From: an uncultured Gammaproteobacteria bacterium | Lineage (GTDB): Bacteria; Patescibacteriota; Patescibacteriia; Magasanikbacterales; GWA2-37-8 | Reading direction: 5' to 3' | Length of the DNA: 64,000 nucleotides | Assembly: GCA_964407865.1 (NCBI GenBank) | Contig: CAYOXC010000001.1 | Coordinates: 109,642-173,641 of the forward strand | Part shown: piece after piece, positions 9,643 to 19,988 of the stretch | Layout of the letters: every line of letters begins with the position of its first letter | How positions within the stretch are numbered: position 1 is the stretch's first letter | Position numbers and translations under genes: made by a program | Notes under the pieces: generated by a model | Database searches by the model: none | What the model saw: the letters and a program-made list of their open reading frames with translations, nothing else | Told to the model about the DNA's origin: nothing

Positions 9643-10671
9643 ATGAAGAAAGCGTTGATTACAGGTATTACAGGTCAGGATGGCTCGTATCTAACCGAAT
9701 TGTTATTGGAAAAGGGGTACGAAGTGCACGGTGTTATTCGTCGTTCTAGTAGTTTTAATACAGGGCGGATCGATCATTTATATAAAGATCCACAAATTCA
9801 GGGAGTGAAGTTGTTTTTACATTATGGTGATTTAACTGACGGCAGTAATATTTCTCGTATCTTGGAAAAAGTTCAGCCGAATGAGATTTATAATTTGGGA
9901 GCGCAAAGCCATGTCAAAGTAAGTTTTGAGATGCCGGTATATACCGGAAACACTGTAGGGTTAGGGTCGCTGAGGCTTTTAGACACGATAAAAGAATCTG
10001 GTTTAAAAACAAAATTTTATCAAGCTGGTTCTTCGGAGATGTTTGGTAAGGTGCGAGAAACTCCGCAAAAAGAAACAACACCTTTTTATCCGCGATCGCC
10101 CTATGCTTGTGCCAAGGTATATGCATATTATATTTCTCAAAATTATCGCGAGGCGTATAACATGTACATTTGCAATGGTATTCTTTTTAACCACGAATCA
10201 CCGCGACGTGGTGGTACTTTTGTAACAAAAAAAATAACGCATGCTTTATCTAAAATAAAGGCCGGTAAACAAGAAAAATTATATCTGGGTAATTTAGAGG
10301 CTAAACGCGACTGGGGCTATGCAAAGGATTATGTTGAAGCGATGTGGCTTATGCTTCAGCAAGATAAGCCTGATGACTATGTTGTTGCTACCGGCGAAAC
10401 GCATTCGGTCCGTGAATTTGTTGAAGAAGCAGGAAAATATTTTGATTTTAATATTGAGTGGCAGAGGAATGGTCTTGATGAAAAAGGTATTGACCAAAAA
10501 ACCGGGAAAACAATTATCGAAATTGATCAGAAGTATTTCAGGCCGGCGGAAGTAGACGTATTACTCGGCAATGCGTCAAAAGCGAAACAGATTTTAGGCT
10601 GGGAGCCGAAAGTTAAGTTTAATGATTTAGTAAAAATAATGTGTGAAGCAGAGTATGGAGAAAAACGCTAA
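9643..10671 (+). CDS. gmd: GDP-mannose 4,6-dehydratase.
   Basis: [30 protein letters not shown]..., and the YxxxK / NHESPRRG motifs are typical of Gmd. Confidence 0.9.
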   Translation: MKKALITGITGQDGSYLTELLLEKGYEVHGVIRRSSSFNTGRIDHLYKDPQIQGVKLFLHYGDLTDGSNISRILEKVQPNEIYNLGAQSHVKVSFEMPVYTGNTVGLGSLRLLDTIKESGLKTKFYQAGSSEMFGKVRETPQKETTPFYPRSPYACAKVYAYYISQNYREAYNMYICNGILFNHESPRRGGTFVTKKITHALSKIKAGKQEKLYLGNLEAKRDWGYAKDYVEAMWLMLQQDKPDDYVVATGETHSVREFVEEAGKYFDFNIEWQRNGLDEKGIDQKTGKTIIEIDQKYFRPAEVDVLLGNASKAKQILGWEPKVKFNDLVKIMCEAEYGEKR

Positions 10672-11632
10672 AATTTATATTGCTGGACATAGGGGTTTGG
10701 TTGGTTCTGCGTTGATACGTAAATTGGAAGGTGAAGGCTATGCAAATTTAATTTATCGCACACACAAAGAACTTGATTTAACCAATCAACAAGCTGTGGC
10801 TGATTTTTTTTCTGAAGAAAAACCAGAATATGTATTTCTGGCAGCAGCAAAAGTTGGTGGTATTATGGCAAATAATACTTATCCAGCCGAATTTATTTAT
10901 GAAAATTTACAAATACAAAATAATATTATTCACCAATCATATATCAACGGCATCAAAAAACTATTATTTTTAGGATCTTCATGTATATATCCTCGGGAGT
11001 GTCCTCAGCCGATTAAAGAAGAGTATTTGATGTCCGGCAAGTTAGAGCCGACGAATGAAGGATATGCCATGGCTAAAATTGCTGGAATTAAGATGTGTCA
11101 GCATTATAACCGTCAGTATGGAACAAATTTCATCGCAGTTATGCCGACAAATTTGTATGGACCAGGTGATAATTTTGATCCGGTAAATTGTCATGTTATT
11201 CCGGCTCTTATAAAAAAATTTCATGACGCGAAGGTATTAAGCCAAGAATCCCTGAGTGTCTGGGGTACAGGTTCAGCGCGCCGGGAGTTCTTGTTTGTCG
11301 ATGATATGGTTAACGGTTGCCTATATTTAATGAAAAAATTTAGTCCAAACAAAGCTCAGAATGAGTCTGGTGAAATATTTTTTAATCTTGGTACTGGCAT
11401 TGATTTATCTATTCACGAATTAGCTGAATTGATTAAACAGATTGTTGGTTTTAAAGGTAGTATTTACTGGGATTCATCAAAACCTGACGGAATGCCTCAA
11501 AAATTGCTCGATGTGAAGCGTATAAATAATTTTGGATGGAGTTTTAAAACAAATTTTGAAGATGGTTTAAGGTTAACATACAATTGGTATTTAATGGAAT
11601 ATGTTAATAACGATCCTATTACTACCATATGA
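10655..11632 (+). CDS. fcl: GDP-L-fucose synthase-type bifunctional epimerase/reductase (Fcl/WcaG). It could equally be a ColC-type GDP-colitose synthase. It overlaps gmd by 17 nt.
   Basis: [14 protein letters not shown]...LAAAKVGGI...SSCIYP...YAMAKIAG match the Fcl family. Confidence 0.8.
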   Translation: MEKNAKIYIAGHRGLVGSALIRKLEGEGYANLIYRTHKELDLTNQQAVADFFSEEKPEYVFLAAAKVGGIMANNTYPAEFIYENLQIQNNIIHQSYINGIKKLLFLGSSCIYPRECPQPIKEEYLMSGKLEPTNEGYAMAKIAGIKMCQHYNRQYGTNFIAVMPTNLYGPGDNFDPVNCHVIPALIKKFHDAKVLSQESLSVWGTGSARREFLFVDDMVNGCLYLMKKFSPNKAQNESGEIFFNLGTGIDLSIHELAELIKQIVGFKGSIYWDSSKPDGMPQKLLDVKRINNFGWSFKTNFEDGLRLTYNWYLMEYVNNDPITTI

Positions 11633-12801
11633 TTAAGTTAATGAAAAATAGTTTTTATAAGGAAGCTGAGACCAAAGAAAAATTGGCGGATTTTATTCTT
11701 AAGACCGACCGGTTTAGCATGGGAGAACAATGCTCTTTATTTGAAAAAAACTTTGCAGAGAAGCAGGGCCGCCGTTATGCGGTTTTTGTATCGAGTGGGA
11801 GTGCTGCCAATTTGATTTTGATTCAATCACTACTAAATTTGGATCGGTTGAAGCGTAATGATTTGGTAGCAGTTTCGTCGGTAACTTGGCCGACGAATAT
11901 TATGCCACTGATACAGCTGGGTTTAAGGCCGTCGGTTTGCGATTGCGAATTAACGAATTTGAATGTTTCCTCCGAAGAACTGAAAAAAAATTTCAGCCGA
12001 GCAAAATATTCTGCGGTTTTTTTGACTAATGTGCTTGGTTTTTCCGCCGATATATCTATGGTGGTAGAATTCTGTCGCTCAAACAATATTATTCTAATTG
12101 AGGACAACTGTGAATCTCTCGGATCACGTATTGAAGGAAAATTGTTGGGAAATTTTGGTTTAGCCTCGACCTTTTCAACTTTCGTTGGGCACCACTTATC
12201 GACAATTGAAGGTGGAGTAATTTGTACCGATGATTTAGAATTATATGAGATGCTTCTTTGTGTTCGTGCTCATGGCTGGGACCGTAATTTACCGATTGCC
12301 AGCTCCCACAAGTATCGAAAAAAATACAATGTGTTTGATGATTTTTTTGCCTGGTATACCTTTTACGACTTAGCTTATAATGTACGTCCTAACGAGATCA
12401 ACGGATTTATTGGCCTCGAACAATTAAAATTTTGGGACGAAATTATCGGACGTCGAAATATGAATTTTAAGAAATTTCACGACGCGACTCTAACAAATCC
12501 TAGCATAGTTCATTTGGATTTGGAACATATGGATTTTGTTTCTAATTTTGCAATGCCGTTAGTCTTTCACAATAAAACAGAGTACGAAAAGCATAAATTG
12601 CGTTTTCAAAATAGTAGTGTGGAAATTCGCCCAGTAATTGCCGGCAACATTATGCGCCAACCTTGTTTCAAAAAATATATTCAATCAGAATATGTATTCC
12701 CGAATGCCGACCAGATACATTATCAGGGTTTTTATTTCGGCAACAATCCTGAACTTTCGGAAAAAGAAGTTGATGTATTATGTAATTTAGTTGCCGGATA
12801 G
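11629..12801 (+). CDS. PLP-dependent sugar 3-dehydratase of the DegT family, most like ColD (GDP-4-keto-6-deoxy-D-mannose 3-dehydratase).
   Basis: YAVFVSSGSAANLI, IEDNCESLG, and FSTFVGHHLSTIEGG. The last has His-His at the position where aminotransferases carry the PLP-binding Lys, exactly as in E. coli ColD (FSSFYSHHIATMEGG). RAHGWDRNLP is also ColD-like. Confidence 0.75.
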   Translation: MIKLMKNSFYKEAETKEKLADFILKTDRFSMGEQCSLFEKNFAEKQGRRYAVFVSSGSAANLILIQSLLNLDRLKRNDLVAVSSVTWPTNIMPLIQLGLRPSVCDCELTNLNVSSEELKKNFSRAKYSAVFLTNVLGFSADISMVVEFCRSNNIILIEDNCESLGSRIEGKLLGNFGLASTFSTFVGHHLSTIEGGVICTDDLELYEMLLCVRAHGWDRNLPIASSHKYRKKYNVFDDFFAWYTFYDLAYNVRPNEINGFIGLEQLKFWDEIIGRRNMNFKKFHDATLTNPSIVHLDLEHMDFVSNFAMPLVFHNKTEYEKHKLRFQNSSVEIRPVIAGNIMRQPCFKKYIQSEYVFPNADQIHYQGFYFGNNPELSEKEVDVLCNLVAG

Positions 12802-12808
12802 ACGTTCT

Positions 12809-14446
12809 ATGAATGATTATTTTTTCAATTACATTGTCACAGCACACAACAAAGAAGCACTAATTCGTCGAGTTTTAGAATCCATCTTCAAGTGCACGGG
12901 TAAAACTGCTAGAATTTTTGTTGTTCTCGATGGTTGTACTGATTGCACCGAAAGCATTGTGGACCAGGTGGCTGCAAAGTCGGTTGTTCCGATTAAAAAG
13001 ATATATACAGCAGACGTCCATGAGATAAAATCTATAAATGCCGCTCTGCGTGAAGCGCCACAGACAGGTCGAGGTTTCAATATTCTTCTGCAAGATGATG
13101 TAATGCTTCTTGAGCCGGATTTCGAAAATAAAATTATAAAATTCTACGAAACGATCGGATATGACAGTATAGGTCTATTGGCTTTTCGTCATGGTGCGAA
13201 TATGGCCGTTGATTTCGTTAAACAAGAAATTAAAGAACAAGATTTAATGGAGAGTGTATACGGAGTAGGCATGGGGGATCTTCCGCTTTTGGCGGGATAT
13301 TACATTGAAAAGATGGTTGGCGTGCGCAGTCCAGAGTGCATATCTACAGAAGCGATACGTCGAGTTGGTATTATGGATGAACAACTTGCTCCATATACAT
13401 ACGATGACCATGATTATTCCATACGTTGCCTCGAAGCTGGAATGAAAAATTTTGTTTTAGCCGTCAAATTTGAATCTGATTTGAAGTGGGGCGGTATGCG
13501 CACAAATCCGCACCCGGAGGTGAATATGATAATGGAAAGAAATCGAAAGTATTTGTATAAAAAACATTTTACTTTTTTTAATGGTATTTTTTACAAATCA
13601 TTATTACCTCTTCGGTGGGCTGTTCAGAAACCAGCACCCGGGTTTGTTGTAAGCGAGGTTGAGAATATTGTCACGTTTCGCCTTTTTAAATCGAAAAAAA
13701 TTAAATTTCTTGGTTTCACGAATTACTTCATATCGTTGGTTAAAAGGCCACTGAAATATTATTACATTATTTTTCTACGGGTACTTAACCACAATTTGGT
13801 TAACAAAGTTATTCGAATTATAACAAAATTTTTTACTAATCCGCGCGAATTTTGTAAAATTTGTCGCAATAAAGCGCGCACATTTTTTGGTAGGCGCACG
13901 TTAGCAAGCGATCAATCAATTAAAGGAACTACGCCAATAGAGTCAAACGTACTTCGTAAATACTCGAGGTTGGCAAAAATCGGTATTGTTGAAATAGGTG
14001 TTTTAGACGGCGGAACAACGAAGGAAATGGCCGAGGTTGCCACCGTTCCTATTTACGGTATTGATCCAATTATTCCTGACAGCATGAACAATACCTTGAT
14101 TGGAAGCGAACAAAAAATCCGAGAAAATTTAAAATTTTATTCCGATTTTCATTTCTTTAAAGATTATAGCTATAACGTAGTTCAAAATTGGTCAGAAAAG
14201 TTCGATTTTTTATGGATTGACGGTGATCATAGTATTGAAGGCGTAGCGCGCGATTTTAATGAATGGTTTCCTCTTTTAGCGCATGGCGGTTTTATTGCTT
14301 TTCATGATTCGGCTCCGGTGACTTCGATAAACGCCTCATTTTCCGGTTGGCCTGGACCTGTAACCCTGGTCAACTCATTAAAACGTGATGACCGTTTGAT
14401 TTTTTTGGAAACTGTAGATTCAGTTTCAGTTTTTCAAAAAAAGTGA
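12809..14446 (+). CDS. Bifunctional protein: an N-terminal GT2 glycosyltransferase fused to a C-terminal class I SAM-dependent methyltransferase (TylF/CmcI-like sugar O-methyltransferase fold).
   Basis: The N-terminus has a GT-A signature (FNYIVTAHN..., LQDDVMLLEP). The C-terminus has IGIVEIGVLDGGTT and FDFLWIDGDHSIEGVARDF...GGFIAFHDS. Confidence 0.7.
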   Translation: MNDYFFNYIVTAHNKEALIRRVLESIFKCTGKTARIFVVLDGCTDCTESIVDQVAAKSVVPIKKIYTADVHEIKSINAALREAPQTGRGFNILLQDDVMLLEPDFENKIIKFYETIGYDSIGLLAFRHGANMAVDFVKQEIKEQDLMESVYGVGMGDLPLLAGYYIEKMVGVRSPECISTEAIRRVGIMDEQLAPYTYDDHDYSIRCLEAGMKNFVLAVKFESDLKWGGMRTNPHPEVNMIMERNRKYLYKKHFTFFNGIFYKSLLPLRWAVQKPAPGFVVSEVENIVTFRLFKSKKIKFLGFTNYFISLVKRPLKYYYIIFLRVLNHNLVNKVIRIITKFFTNPREFCKICRNKARTFFGRRTLASDQSIKGTTPIESNVLRKYSRLAKIGIVEIGVLDGGTTKEMAEVATVPIYGIDPIIPDSMNNTLIGSEQKIRENLKFYSDFHFFKDYSYNVVQNWSEKFDFLWIDGDHSIEGVARDFNEWFPLLAHGGFIAFHDSAPVTSINASFSGWPGPVTLVNSLKRDDRLIFLETVDSVSVFQKK

Positions 14447-14479
14447 TCATGCGCGTCTTATTTTGAATATTAATCTTGT

Positions 14480-15787
14480 ATGATGACGGTGCAATCATTA
14501 ATTGGGAAATATTTTCATTTCGATGAAGGTTTTAGGAGATATTTTTGGCACACTTCATGGAACTTGATAGGAAAGATTTTTTCGTTAATTTCTGGTCTTG
14601 TCGTGACCGTTGTGGTTATTCGTTATCTTGGACCGGAAAATAACGGTAAACTTGTATATGCCGCAACTATTGTAAATCTAATTTCTTTCGCAGCTAGTTT
14701 GGGAATTGATAGTTTGTTGTACCGCGATCTGATCAGTAGGCCGGATGATCGAGACAAATTGCTGGGTACAGCGTTTGTTGTAAAATCTGCCGGTGCGTTT
14801 ATATCTTTAGCCATATTATTACTGGTGTTATTTTTCTTGCGAAACGATCCATTCATGAATATATTGATATTGTTTAATGCAGCTCCACTTTTATTTAACG
14901 GATTCAATGTAATAAATTATTTTTTTCAGGCAAAAGTTTTATCTAAAGTAATTACGATAAATTACTTGGCAGTTACCTGTGTCATACTTAGTTCAAAATT
15001 GTTGTTTGTATGGTTGGGGAAAGGCCTTCTTTGGTTCGCTGCACTTGTATTATTCGAGACAATATTAATAACTCTCGGCTATATTATCGTATACAAAAGG
15101 GCGAAATTAAATCTGCGATGCTGGAGTTTTGATAGGCCATTAGCCTTCAACCTCCTTAAATATTCGTGGCCTTTAATTCTATCCACTGCGTTTACAATAA
15201 TTTATTCTCGCATCGACCAGGTCATGATACGTCATATGCTCGGTCTAGCAAGTGTAGGAGTGTATGATGTGGCCGTACGCTTATCCGAAGTGTGGTATTT
15301 TTTCCCAGCTATTATCGTTGGTTCGCTGTTTCCGGCTATCATGAATTCTAAAAAGCACAGTGAGACCATGTATCACCAACGGCTGTCGCGACTGTATTCG
15401 TTAATAATAGCTATTTCATTTATTGTGATAATTCCTATTTCATTGTTTTCCAAGTTAATTATCAGTCTTCTGTTTGGAACCGCTTTTGCCGCTGCGGCAC
15501 CTGTATTGTCTATCTATGCTTGGTCGGGGTTGTCCATTGCTATGGCGACAGTGGTCAATCAATATTTACTAGCCGAGAATTATGTCAGGATATTATTTTT
15601 TTTAAATTTAATCAGCATGTTAGCGAATGTCATTTTGAATATTTGGCTGATACCAAAGTACGGCATTGTTGGTGCGGCGTATGCCACACTAATTTCTTAC
15701 TGGTTATCCGTGCTGGGCGTTATCTTTTTTAAAAAAACGCGTAATCACGTAGGTCTAATATTTAAAAGTTTATTTTTTAAATATTAA
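14480..15787 (+). CDS. Wzx-type oligosaccharide flippase (MOP superfamily polysaccharide biosynthesis protein).
   Basis: About 12 transmembrane helices and N-terminal RYLGPENNG.L in typical Wzx/RfbX style. Confidence 0.75.
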   Translation: MMTVQSLIGKYFHFDEGFRRYFWHTSWNLIGKIFSLISGLVVTVVVIRYLGPENNGKLVYAATIVNLISFAASLGIDSLLYRDLISRPDDRDKLLGTAFVVKSAGAFISLAILLLVLFFLRNDPFMNILILFNAAPLLFNGFNVINYFFQAKVLSKVITINYLAVTCVILSSKLLFVWLGKGLLWFAALVLFETILITLGYIIVYKRAKLNLRCWSFDRPLAFNLLKYSWPLILSTAFTIIYSRIDQVMIRHMLGLASVGVYDVAVRLSEVWYFFPAIIVGSLFPAIMNSKKHSETMYHQRLSRLYSLIIAISFIVIIPISLFSKLIISLLFGTAFAAAAPVLSIYAWSGLSIAMATVVNQYLLAENYVRILFFLNLISMLANVILNIWLIPKYGIVGAAYATLISYWLSVLGVIFFKKTRNHVGLIFKSLFFKY

Positions 15788-15790
15788 ATT

Positions 15791-16702
15791 ATGATCGATA
15801 AAGCAATTATTACATCCTGCTCAAATAAATTTTTTCCTTCTGTTTTAAATTTGATTGGGTCGTTAAAACAAATATATCCTGAGCATCCGATAATATATGT
15901 TTATGATCTGGGGTTGTTGTCACCGTTAAAAATGATTCTGAAACGTATAGATCGTGTAAAGGTGCTGCCGATGCCGCATTTCGTCGAATTTTGGCGATCA
16001 TGTTACACCTGGAAAACATATATTTTGGCGAACCCTCTTGCTGAACTGAATTTTTATATTGATGCTGGAAGCGAAGTCTACGATTCCCTCGACGAAATAT
16101 TTTTACAAATTGAAAAAGTAGGATATTATGCAGTAGAACAAAAGGTGCCACTGAATCTGATTGTTCCAAGTGATTATCGAAGCCTTATATCACTGGATCC
16201 GAAATATTATCAGGAAAATTGTCTAACTGCCGGAATCGTTGGTTTCAGAAGGGATTCCGAAGTTTCACCGGTATTATCTAAGTTGCATGACATGTCAATT
16301 GCCGGCATGTGTTTGGGTTTTTCCAAAGTAGACGCCAATCGCAATCGCGGAGTTGATAAAAGTGAATTCGTCCGCGATTGCCAGATTTTTCGTCACGATA
16401 CGACTTTATGGAGCATGTTGTTTCGTTCAGTTTTCGGCGACCGTCTTGTTGCTAAAGTTGATAAAACTGGAGAGTGTGTTTTTTCTTTGAGTGATGGTCG
16501 TAGGTTAATTCGAAACTTTAGACGTAATTATGTAAATTTAACATACGTTAGAAGTGATAATTGGAATAGTGGCCATCGTAGTCTATTATGGTTATTGACG
16601 GATCTGTGTGTGCAGATTTATATATATTTAAAACGTATGAATTTATGCGTTAAAAGATCTATCGGCTTTAAGGGTGTTTATAAAAAATATGAAGAAAATT
16701 AA
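15791..16702 (+). CDS. Hypothetical protein, possibly a GT-A-fold nucleotide-diphospho-sugar transferase.
   Basis: The only support is its position in the glycan locus and weak N-terminal similarity to nucleotide-sugar transferase folds (AIITSCSNKFFPSVLNLIGSL). There are no firm motifs. Confidence 0.4.
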   Translation: MIDKAIITSCSNKFFPSVLNLIGSLKQIYPEHPIIYVYDLGLLSPLKMILKRIDRVKVLPMPHFVEFWRSCYTWKTYILANPLAELNFYIDAGSEVYDSLDEIFLQIEKVGYYAVEQKVPLNLIVPSDYRSLISLDPKYYQENCLTAGIVGFRRDSEVSPVLSKLHDMSIAGMCLGFSKVDANRNRGVDKSEFVRDCQIFRHDTTLWSMLFRSVFGDRLVAKVDKTGECVFSLSDGRRLIRNFRRNYVNLTYVRSDNWNSGHRSLLWLLTDLCVQIYIYLKRMNLCVKRSIGFKGVYKKYEEN

Positions 16703-17537
16703 AAAATACACTCCTTCTATAGTGCTCAATGTAGCACGTAGGCTTCGGTCGAGTTGGTTTAATTTTTGTGATAGTTTTAAACCCTATCTCAATAAGATTA
16801 AATATTTAGGCTTTGATGTATATTATGCGCGCGGTGAAGGGTTGATTAATCGCATTCGTGTTGGTGCGACGGACAGGGTGTATGAAAGAGATCTGGTCGA
16901 AGCGATCGTACATGAACTTACTGATAAATCTGGAGAAAGCATGATAGATATCGGTGCAAATATTGGCTTGATCAGTTTGGCGGTTTTCAGATCAGTTCCA
17001 ACTGTCAATATATTTGCCTTCGAGCCCGGCCCGCACCAGCATGATTTATTAGCTACAACTATTTTGGCTAACCAGCTTAATGAATCGATTGTATTATCAG
17101 GTAAGGCTGTGAGTGATTTGGTTGGAGAGGCACCATTTCATGTTCATGATTATGTGAATTCTTCAGGTGACGGTCTTGTAGATACTGGACGAGCTGGAAA
17201 ATCGCAGATCGTTTTAGTTGAGACAGTAACTCTAGATACGTGGTGGAACAAAAATAACCGTCCGCATATTTCGGTTGTTAAGATTGACATTGAAGGTGGA
17301 GAGTTGTTGGCCTTGCGAGGTGCTCATGAATTTATTTCAAATGTAAGACCAGTCATATTCACTGAAATTTCTGCTGTAAATATTGCTGCCTATAATTACA
17401 TGCCACAAGATTATTTAGATTATTTTGTAAATAATAATTATGAACTTACAACACTAAGTGGCAAGAGGTGTAACCATGATAATTTTAATACCTTAATCGA
17501 AGAGACAGATATTTTTGTTGCAAAACCTTGTTTATGA
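16674..17537 (+). CDS. FkbM-family SAM-dependent methyltransferase.
   Basis: MIDIGANIGLISL...AFEPGP, and VKIDIEGGELLALRGA at the C-terminus. Confidence 0.75.
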   Translation: MFIKNMKKIKKYTPSIVLNVARRLRSSWFNFCDSFKPYLNKIKYLGFDVYYARGEGLINRIRVGATDRVYERDLVEAIVHELTDKSGESMIDIGANIGLISLAVFRSVPTVNIFAFEPGPHQHDLLATTILANQLNESIVLSGKAVSDLVGEAPFHVHDYVNSSGDGLVDTGRAGKSQIVLVETVTLDTWWNKNNRPHISVVKIDIEGGELLALRGAHEFISNVRPVIFTEISAVNIAAYNYMPQDYLDYFVNNNYELTTLSGKRCNHDNFNTLIEETDIFVAKPCL

Positions 17538-18307
17538 TCAGCCTAATTACATCGTTATATAGATCTGAGTGCCATCTGCAGAAGTATATATGCTCAGTAG
17601 AGAAATTTTATTGTGAAGCCGAAGGTATTTTTCAATTTGAGCTTTTAATTATCGCGAATGATCCGACTCAAGCAGAAGAAGAAAAATTATCAATTTTAGA
17701 GAAAATGAAAAATGTGCGGATAATACGAGTGCCCCAGGAATCGCTGTATGCTTCGTGGAATCGTGGAGTTTGTAACGCGCGCTATGACATTGTCGGATTT
17801 TGGAATGTAGACGACGTACGGTTTGCGTGTGGAATTGAAGCTGGATTGCGCGATTTAAGCGATGGTTCGCCGATGGTCTATTTTCCGTTCATTTATAAAC
17901 GGTATGTAAAAATATTTGGCTATAACTTTTTAGTAAAAATAAAGAAAATTAATCCTCCAGCATTTACAGAAAATGAGTTTGTAAGATCGATGCATTGTGG
18001 TCCGTTTTTTATTTTCAAAAAGGATTTTTACGAAAAAGTTGGGCCTTTTGATGAACAATTTAAAATTGTTGGTGATTTTGAATGGTGCGTTCGTGCCGCC
18101 AAATCCGGCCGATTGAAGAGAGTTGATTGCGTTGCTGGTGTTTTTTACAATTACGGAACAAGCCTAAGCGGCTCAAAAGACTGCAGACATATTGCAGAAA
18201 ATAATATTGTTGCCGCACGTCATGGTGTATTGGATAAGATTATGCCGATTCAAGATAACTTTGAAAATGATTACGAAATAAATAAAATAATATCTAAATT
18301 TAAATAA
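17528..18307 (+). CDS. GT2-like glycosyltransferase (GT-A fold).
   Basis: Size and motifs SWNRG...NVDDV plus an acidic motif (GDFEW). This is a weak call. Confidence 0.5.
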   Translation: MFMISLITSLYRSECHLQKYICSVEKFYCEAEGIFQFELLIIANDPTQAEEEKLSILEKMKNVRIIRVPQESLYASWNRGVCNARYDIVGFWNVDDVRFACGIEAGLRDLSDGSPMVYFPFIYKRYVKIFGYNFLVKIKKINPPAFTENEFVRSMHCGPFFIFKKDFYEKVGPFDEQFKIVGDFEWCVRAAKSGRLKRVDCVAGVFYNYGTSLSGSKDCRHIAENNIVAARHGVLDKIMPIQDNFENDYEINKIISKFK

Positions 18308-18312
18308 TTAAT

Positions 18313-19344
18313 ATGAAATTCGACGAGTATAATTCTAACCAAGAATCTTCATTTACTTCAACCGGTGAAAAACTACTGTTCCACCCTAGTGCTGTTAACG
18401 ATCTTAAAGCTAAAAAAAATCACCCTATTGTTCTGCATATAATGCCAACCGAAGTATGTAATTTACGATGTGTGTTCTGTTCGGTAGCGCAAAGAGGTGA
18501 GAATGGTCGGCTTTGTCCGAATTTAACAATGGATCAAATTCGACACGTTGTTGAGGAATTAAAAAGTAGGGGATTGAAAGCTATAATTATTAGTGGAGGC
18601 GGTGAACCACTCATGTATCCCAAAATCAATGAATTGATTGAATATCTTTATAACGAAGGGTTGCAAGTTGGTGTAATTACAAACGGCATATTACTTAGCA
18701 CACATTTAAGGCAGGAAATCTTAGATAAACTAACCTGGATAAGGATTTCGATTAATTCTATGGATTATGTTGAGAAGATTACTATCCCTAAACTAAACGG
18801 AGAAATTACTACATTAGGTTTTAGTTATATATGGAATAATTTGACTAATGATAAGGTTTTAGCACGAATTAAGTCATTTGTTGATGAAGTCGATAAAGTG
18901 AATAAGATAGAATACGTTAGATTGTTGCCAGATTGTAATTTAGAAACATCCATGCTGGAAGCGGAGCATGTAAAATTGCGCCGTATGGCAGAAAAACTCG
19001 GAGCGCCATTTTTTCATCAGTACAAAATACATGAACAGCCGCCCGAATGCCATCTCGGCCGGGTGCATCCGGTGCTTTACACTGATGGTTATATTTATCC
19101 TTGCGACTCTTTAGTATTGAATTCTCCAATGGACGATAAAAAGTTTCATCGCGAATATTCGTTGTGTCGTTGGGATGATGTTGCAAGTTTTTATGACGAA
19201 CCAATTTGTGGTTCACTCTTGGACACAAAAAAATGTCCTCATTGCGTTTTTGCTCGACAGAATAAACTAATTACAAAAATATTAAACAGCGCTGAATTTT
19301 CCATGGAAGCAAAAGACGATATTAAACATGTTAATTTTATTTAA
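18313..19344 (+). CDS. Radical SAM enzyme with a C-terminal Cys-rich (SPASM/twitch-like) region.
   Basis: CNLRCVFCS (CxxxCxxC) and the GGGEPLMYP SAM-binding motif. C-terminal cysteines sit in CHLG...YPCDS...ICGS...CPHC. Confidence 0.8.
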   Translation: MKFDEYNSNQESSFTSTGEKLLFHPSAVNDLKAKKNHPIVLHIMPTEVCNLRCVFCSVAQRGENGRLCPNLTMDQIRHVVEELKSRGLKAIIISGGGEPLMYPKINELIEYLYNEGLQVGVITNGILLSTHLRQEILDKLTWIRISINSMDYVEKITIPKLNGEITTLGFSYIWNNLTNDKVLARIKSFVDEVDKVNKIEYVRLLPDCNLETSMLEAEHVKLRRMAEKLGAPFFHQYKIHEQPPECHLGRVHPVLYTDGYIYPCDSLVLNSPMDDKKFHREYSLCRWDDVASFYDEPICGSLLDTKKCPHCVFARQNKLITKILNSAEFSMEAKDDIKHVNFI

Positions 19345-19346
19345 GT

Positions 19347-19985
19347 ATGCCTAATGCATTAGATTACGACAAAGATTATTTCGAGAATGGTGTAGTAACC
19401 GGCAAGTCGGGTTATTCCAACTATCGTTGGTTGCCTGAATTAACCATTAAACTCGCTTATAATATAATTAAATATTTAGGCATAAAAGAAGAACATACTG
19501 TTCTTGATTATGGGTGCGCCAAGGGCTATTTGGTAAAAGCTTTCCGTATTTTAGATATCAAGGCATATGGAGTCGATATATCTCAGTATGCAATCGACAC
19601 TGCTGATAGTGAAGTAAGGGAATATTGCCGTCTTATTTCCACAAACAATGCACTACCTTTCCAACAAAAATTTGATTGGATAATCACAAAAGATGTAATT
19701 GAACATATGTCCGAAGATACATTGGATGATTTCTTAAAAACATCCCGCATTTCGTCAGCTAGCTCATTTCATGTCGTTCCGCTTGGCACTGGAGATAATC
19801 ATTATGTTGTACCAGCTTATGATTTGGACATAACACACACGCTGGCGAAACCTGAAGATTGGTGGATTAATAAATTTAAGCAAGCCGGTTGGAAATTAAA
19901 ATCTTTTTCATATCACGTACCTGGCGTAAAAGAAAATTGGACATCCCAATACGAAAAGGGAAATGGATTTTTTATTTTAGAGTAG
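19347..19985 (+). CDS. Class I SAM-dependent methyltransferase.
   Basis: VLDYGCAKGYL motif I, and D...ITKDVIEH. Confidence 0.7.
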   Translation: MPNALDYDKDYFENGVVTGKSGYSNYRWLPELTIKLAYNIIKYLGIKEEHTVLDYGCAKGYLVKAFRILDIKAYGVDISQYAIDTADSEVREYCRLISTNNALPFQQKFDWIITKDVIEHMSEDTLDDFLKTSRISSASSFHVVPLGTGDNHYVVPAYDLDITHTLAKPEDWWINKFKQAGWKLKSFSYHVPGVKENWTSQYEKGNGFFILE

Positions 19986-19988
19986 GAC

